DNA of 57,388 nucleotides, the filler included, from Sluysia triapertura (Eukaryota): the NCBI GenBank assembly GCA_046118255.1. It is 4 parts of 4 records of this genome, joined end to end, with 100 filler letters (N's around TTAATTAATTAA, not from the genome) between each part and the next. Parts side by side here need not be neighbours in the genome. Positions count along the whole stretch, not along the records: positions 42,200 to 57,388 come from JBJNIA010235447.1; 3 more parts are not named here. The stretch is one strand, 5' to 3'. Under the pieces are notes generated by a model. That model had not been told where the DNA came from. It saw nothing but the letters and a program-made list of their open reading frames with translations, and made no database searches. Shown piece by piece: positions 52,100 through 57,388 of this stretch; positions within the stretch are counted from its first letter, which is position 1, and the number at the start of each line of letters is the position of its first letter. The translations under genes were made by a program, and so were the position numbers.

Positions 52100-54750
52100 T
52101 AAATTAAATTAAATGCTGCTACAAAAAATAAGTTCAGATATCAATCAATATTCCCTGGCACATGAAAATAACACAGTACCAACATCAAACCAATCAGCTA
52201 TCACGAAGACACGGATCAAACTTAACAAAATAAGTATGTACCCTCTAGAATCAATAGAACATACACATCATTTTCACAAAACGACAAATCAAGACACACA
52301 AAAATAGCACATACTACAATTCCTAAACAATCACAACAGCAAACCAACACATCAGAGATAACAATATATATACCCGCCACAATTACACAAACCTTTTCAT
52401 CAAATATACATCCAAGACAACATTTTAACACGTAATAATCTACCACACCCACAAAACACTCAAACCTTTATCAACTGAAAAGAAAAACAAATACAATAAA
52501 ATCGTAGGGTACGGCTTTGCCACCACAAATAACCGTCTTTTATTCCGAAGCGCCCAAAATACAGATTAAAGAAACACCGCCAAGATATTTAAATCCCGGA
52601 ATATGCCCAACTAGGAGCGTCGTCTCGGAACAAGCAACCATCGAAGTATAAATGGACACCCGTGAAATATTTGTCCTCCCCCAATAAAACTTATGCTCAA
52701 GTTTACAAAATGGGCATACGGAGCAAATCTTTAAGTTCAAACCGTAAGGTAACACTTCACGACCCGAAAACAAATCGGCAAGGGGCCAAATTAAAAAAGC
52801 AGATATCCAAACCAACAGAAGACTGTACCACACAGACGTACTCTATAAACAATCTAGTCGGTCAGTACACGACAATTATTCGTAATGACGGATGCTTTCA
52901 AATTGACTCTAAGATGCCAGTCGACCATAATCAAACAGGTCATCAGAAAGTCCTTACCCAAACAAACCTAAATAAGTCCAAAGACCGAAAATCAACAGAA
53001 TATAATATAAATCAAAAAATACACCAACATATAAAGTTCGCCAACAATATCACTGTACCACAGATACCGTCGAAGCTCAAATCTAGAGTCGATGAAATCC
53101 CAAAACAGACAAACTTCAATCAACAAAACGGGACAATAAATTACATGACAGAATTACAGTACAAGTCAAATGCGTTGCCTGAGCACTACGAAGCAATGTT
53201 ACAATTTGTCAAAGATTCTCCATAAAGACACTATGTAACATTATAAAACATGAACATGTATGGTTTTCCCATAAATCTAAATCCCTGCGTGAACACCTCA
53301 CGTTCTGTGATTATGGCATATTCGATGGTCCTGTAATCACAGTAATGCACAAGCTGCTCGGCGGATTCGACGTCGACGGCGACATTCCCATAAATCTTTG
53401 ACATGCCATTCTTCACAGACGAGTCGGGATTTCCAAACACATGGTTCTTTGTCGTTGAATCCCATGTTTAATCAATTACTTCTTCTCCCACCGCAACCTC
53501 TTCTAAGTAAGCTAAGTAGCAAAATACAAACTTGCCTACAATCTTGGCACACTACCTCCCAAACACAAAAGCTATCTCAAGATTATTTCAAAACGCAATC
53601 CTTAGGTACTTTATTCCCTTCTGAATTCTTAGCCAAGATCAGGAACGATCTTGGACGCTATATCCACTGAATTCCAGACTGTCTTGAACAAATACATTAT
53701 GTCAAGGAATTGGCCAACCTTGCCGATAAAATAATAAATCAATGGCGTCAAGGCGTTCAGAAACCATAAACGCCATGCAAGACATGTCACATTCAAAGTC
53801 AGGTATCACCTTGAAATCCATATCAATGCGGATTGATGCCCTGACTGCACAAGTGGCAGAAATTACACAATATTCGGATAAACTCCCTACAAAACGCCAA
53901 TAACCACCAAACTCCATGTCCTCATCGTTGTCAAGGAAATCAAGTAACAATTCCTGGAGATTTAATGGTATCTGCTACTACCATAACAAGTACCAACAAA
54001 AAGCCAAATGTTGGGTACTAAGGTGCAGATATCCTAACAAATTGAACACTCTTCGAATAAAAAACGTGTGCATATATCACGCATATTTCAAAACCTTGGC
54101 AAAACCATGTACATAGGCTGCAATCAATATAATTCTTTTAATGCAGTGACAATAAAATTAATTCGTCACTGATCGTAGCGGCTCAACCGACAATATAGCG
54201 ATAAACAATATATTTTCGGTACCGCTCAGATTCCTGAATTTCCAGCATGCCCCCTTTAGTTTCTCATTGACACTGGAGCCGCCGTATCGGTCATACCCCA
54301 AAAAATAATAAAGAATACCACCAAAACACGTTATTATTTGACAGCAACCAACGGAACGACCGTGGGTTGTTACGGCTCCCAGAAACTCAATTTTCATATC
54401 TATCCGTTCAAAGAAATAGTCGAACAGACTTTTCTAATAGCAGCAGTCCAACAACCAATATTAGGAGCAGACTTCCTCAGTCATTACAAGTTCTCTGTTG
54501 ACTGCCACACAAAAACTTTATGAAAAATATCCGGATAATTGTCACACATAAGAATCGATCAAAATCAAATTAATGAAACAAATGAAAGATTTACTTGGGC
54601 AACAATTTAATCCGAACTATACACCTTGCTCGGATGATTTCATCAATACATTGCCCACTCCACCGTGTAGACAGCAACGAAGTGAAGTAGCACAAGCAGA
54701 GCTCGAATTCCTTGACATGGAAAAACAAGTAATTGTTAGGCGATCTTCAA
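52100..54750 (+). mobile_element. Decayed CsRn1-like Gypsy element: long N-terminal region, gag, protease, start of RT
   Basis: MPFFTDESGFPNTWFFVVE, QDYFKTQSLG..FPSEFL, ELANLADKI; CHCC fingers ICYYHNKYQQKAKC....C and VCIYHAYFKTLAKPC; protease FLIDTGAAVSVIP and PILGADFLSHY; RT start EFLDMEKQVIVRRS. Confidence 0.85.
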
Positions 54751-54779
54751 TATTATTTTCAAATTGCAGATGCATTGTC

Positions 54780-55000
54780 TTTTTTGAAATGTGACGAGCT
54801 TAATTTAAAGAACGTGAAGAATGCTGTTCCGACTGTGGTTAGACTTAGCGAGATAATAAAGAACCCGAACAGTATATCGTCTGAAATTCGTGAGGCAAAT
54901 GATTGTCTATTCACAAAACATGAAAGAATTTTTTGTTTATGATGTTGCTAAAGATCTTGTTATTTTTGCATCATCAAGTAAATATAAGTTAAATTTTAAT
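54780..55000 (+). mobile_element. Possible MULE transposase fragment
   Basis: PNSISSEI......FTK.. then (frameshift) EFFVYD...DLVIFASS, resembling the pre-DDE segment of MULE transposases. Confidence 0.3.
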
Positions 55001-55910
55001 GATAATATAATTGAATTAAAAGTTCGAAATAGTCACGATTTATTTTTTATATTCTTAGTATGATAAGTCAGAGCAATAGTAAGTACGTCGTTCTAGCAGT
55101 TATAGGCAACGAACTGGCGAGTATGAACGCGCGCCTGTCAATGATGCAATTTTATAAATGGTTTTACAATTATTAATGCAACATCTGACCATTGTTACGA
55201 AAAGTTGTACTCTGATAAAGATTGTGATGGTATAAAGGTTGATTTGAATGTGTTAAGTTCATTTTTGAGGAAACTAATTACTGGATCAACCACAGCGTGT
55301 CATTACAGGCGGTCGTCTTAGAGATATGACCTTCGCGGTGACCTGCAGACACGTCCCTACATCATCTTTTACCGTGTTATGGAATAATTTCGTTAGTCTA
55401 ATTACTGTCTTGATTGATGTGTTGTCATACATTGATGAACAAGCACGTAATACGCCCATCTTGAGTTACTTGTACTTGTTTATTTGTGATAATAATTGTA
55501 ACAATAAAATTTTTACGTGCCTTAAGCACTCGTTTCATAATTATAATTATATTTACTCGGATAATGATAATAATTTTTACAATAAACTTTATATTATAAA
55601 TAAATTTAATATTATTTCATCTACAATAAAATACCATAATATAAACTCATCCACAATAGTTTGGTAACAAAATGAGTTGTACAACTGTGACACTACAGTC
55701 TCATTCTGTAGCTGGGAAATCTAACATCGTTTATTCCGGTGATAAATACCTGACATCATACATCTTAATTATAAAAAAATTAAGACAACTGTAGGATAAA
55801 CATTCAGATAACATTAAGCTAACAACATGCAGAAATCAATAAATCAAAATAATCCATAACACAACCTTCCTTACATGGATTATAGAAACCAGAGTCCAAA
55901 ATGTATAAAT

Positions 55911-57388
55911 CAGTGTTTCCAAACGTGGGCCTACCCCTGCAGGGGTCAATTTGAAAATGGACTCCACACAACTTTAACACTTTCGCTCCGGGGCATTTAA
56001 ATGCAATGCTAGATATCGGTGCCAAATTTAACAAAAAAAGCAAATTCTTAAATAATTATCAGATATAATTTCGTTTGACGAGACCAAAATATCAACTGAG
56101 TGATTGGCGTCGTCGAATAAACTTGGTCCGGGGGTTCACGGCGGAGTATGCAGTCTGCCGGAGGGGGCCTGAACCCCGGCCAGTCAAGAAATTTGCTAAA
56201 CAACGCAGTTGTTCGCACCTAATTGGCATATCGCAACACCTGTAGTGTTTCACACCATTCTGTTGGTGTTAATCTGAAATAAATGTCCGTCAAAACTGTA
56301 GTAGTAGCCCGTTGTTTTTATATAGATAAAATTAGTAAGTATTTTTATTTATTTTAATGTTAGAAGCATAGAAGAGAATTTTTTCAAATAGAAAAAATAT
56401 AGGTACCTTTTCATTTGCGGTGACAGTGTAGTAAATGTGTTATATACATTTAAATAAATATGTATTTTTAGTATACGTTTGGTCTATGTCACAGTGAATT
56501 AATTTTAATACATATTTTAATATTATTTTTTGTTGATTTTATTTTTATTTCTTATAGCTCATAGTAAAATGAATAGTGCAAGCAAGAAAAAACTCGTCAG
56601 TATTCGGAGGAATATTTAAAATTTGGGTTCATACCTGCTTGAGTAACGAATCAATGAAACGAGGTCGTCTTGAGTAGCATTTGAAGCCGAAACATAGTGC
56701 TTATATTAATTCAGATTTGAGTTACTTTAAAACATTCGCTATTTACTGCCCATACTTCAACCAATAATCGCTTTCTTGAAGCTAGTTATCAAATGTCTTT
56801 ATTCATCGCTAAGACTGGAAAAAATCACACTATAGGAGAGAATTTAATAAAACCGTCAATATCAGCATTTCTTAAAACGGATCTTGAAAAATATGATAAA
56901 AATGTAAAAGCTGTTAGCAGAAGAATAGACGAAATGAGTGAAGATATTGAAAAACAACTTGTTGAAAAGCTGAAAACAAGAAAATGGATGAATCAACTTT
57001 GAGAGATAGTGAGGCAGTATTGATAATTTACGTATGATATATTGATAAAGGGCATTTTGCAGAAAAAAATGTTGTTCTATAAAAGATTAGAAAACACAGC
57101 TACTTCCAAAGATATATTTAATAAGCTAAAAACTACTTAGATGTCAATGATTTACCAATGAAAAATATAACATATTGTGCTGCAGATGGTGCTCCTAATA
57201 TGATGGGCAAGAAAAATAGCTGCTTAAAATTGATGAAAAATGTGAATCCAGAAATGATTCTTGTTCATTGTGTTATTCATAGGCAAAACTTTGTAGCTAA
57301 AAACGTCTCGCTGGTTCTAAACGAAGTACTACATACTGCAATAAAATGTGTTAATGTTCTTAAAGCTACTGCCAAATGTGAGCGCCTT
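55911..57388 (+). mobile_element. hAT (Buster/Charlie-like) DNA transposon, left end and decayed transposase (ATG 56569, runs off the window)
   Basis: TIR CAGTGTTTCCAAAC preceded by the 8-mer GTATAAAT (central TA). Protein motifs RQYSEEYLKFGF, SNESMK, IAKTGKNHTIGENLIKP, VSRRIDEM, MDEST, ADGAPNMMGKK and HCVIHRQ, with frameshifts and stops. Confidence 0.92.

Overview
Very AT-rich eukaryotic (invertebrate animal-type) genomic DNA with GT-AG introns. It is joined from four contigs by artificial 100-nt linkers (44 N + TTAATTAATTAA + 44 N at 11831, 25585 and 42100), so adjacency across the linkers is not proven. Recognisable host genes are: the giant first coding exon of a 7-repeat protocadherin (6914-9238, +); an intronless, highly divergent alpha-tubulin with a ~430-aa C-terminal extension (26047-28641, -); the 3' exons of a TOX4-like gene (39855-40952, -); and the last exon of a GT7 beta-1,4-galactosyltransferase-family gene carrying an atypical C-terminal transmembrane helix (48809-49115, -). 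There are also decayed copies of a Max-like bHLH-Zip gene and of Mi-2/CHD3-5. The rest is a graveyard of deleted transposons: CsRn1-like Gypsy, BEL/Pao, NeSL/R2-like RLE non-LTR, L2, RTE, hAT-Buster, MULE and MITEs. The three most interesting observations are: (1) a clustered family of tiny LTR-like units consisting essentially of a tRNA-Ala-like gene bracketed by TGTTAGAC...GTCTAACA (a candidate tRNA-carrying TRIM); (2) a strand-specific T-to-C hypermutation signature in the intron-retaining Mi-2 pseudogene; (3) an alpha-tubulin lacking the catalytic Glu254. All family assignments come from recognising motifs by eye; no searches were run.
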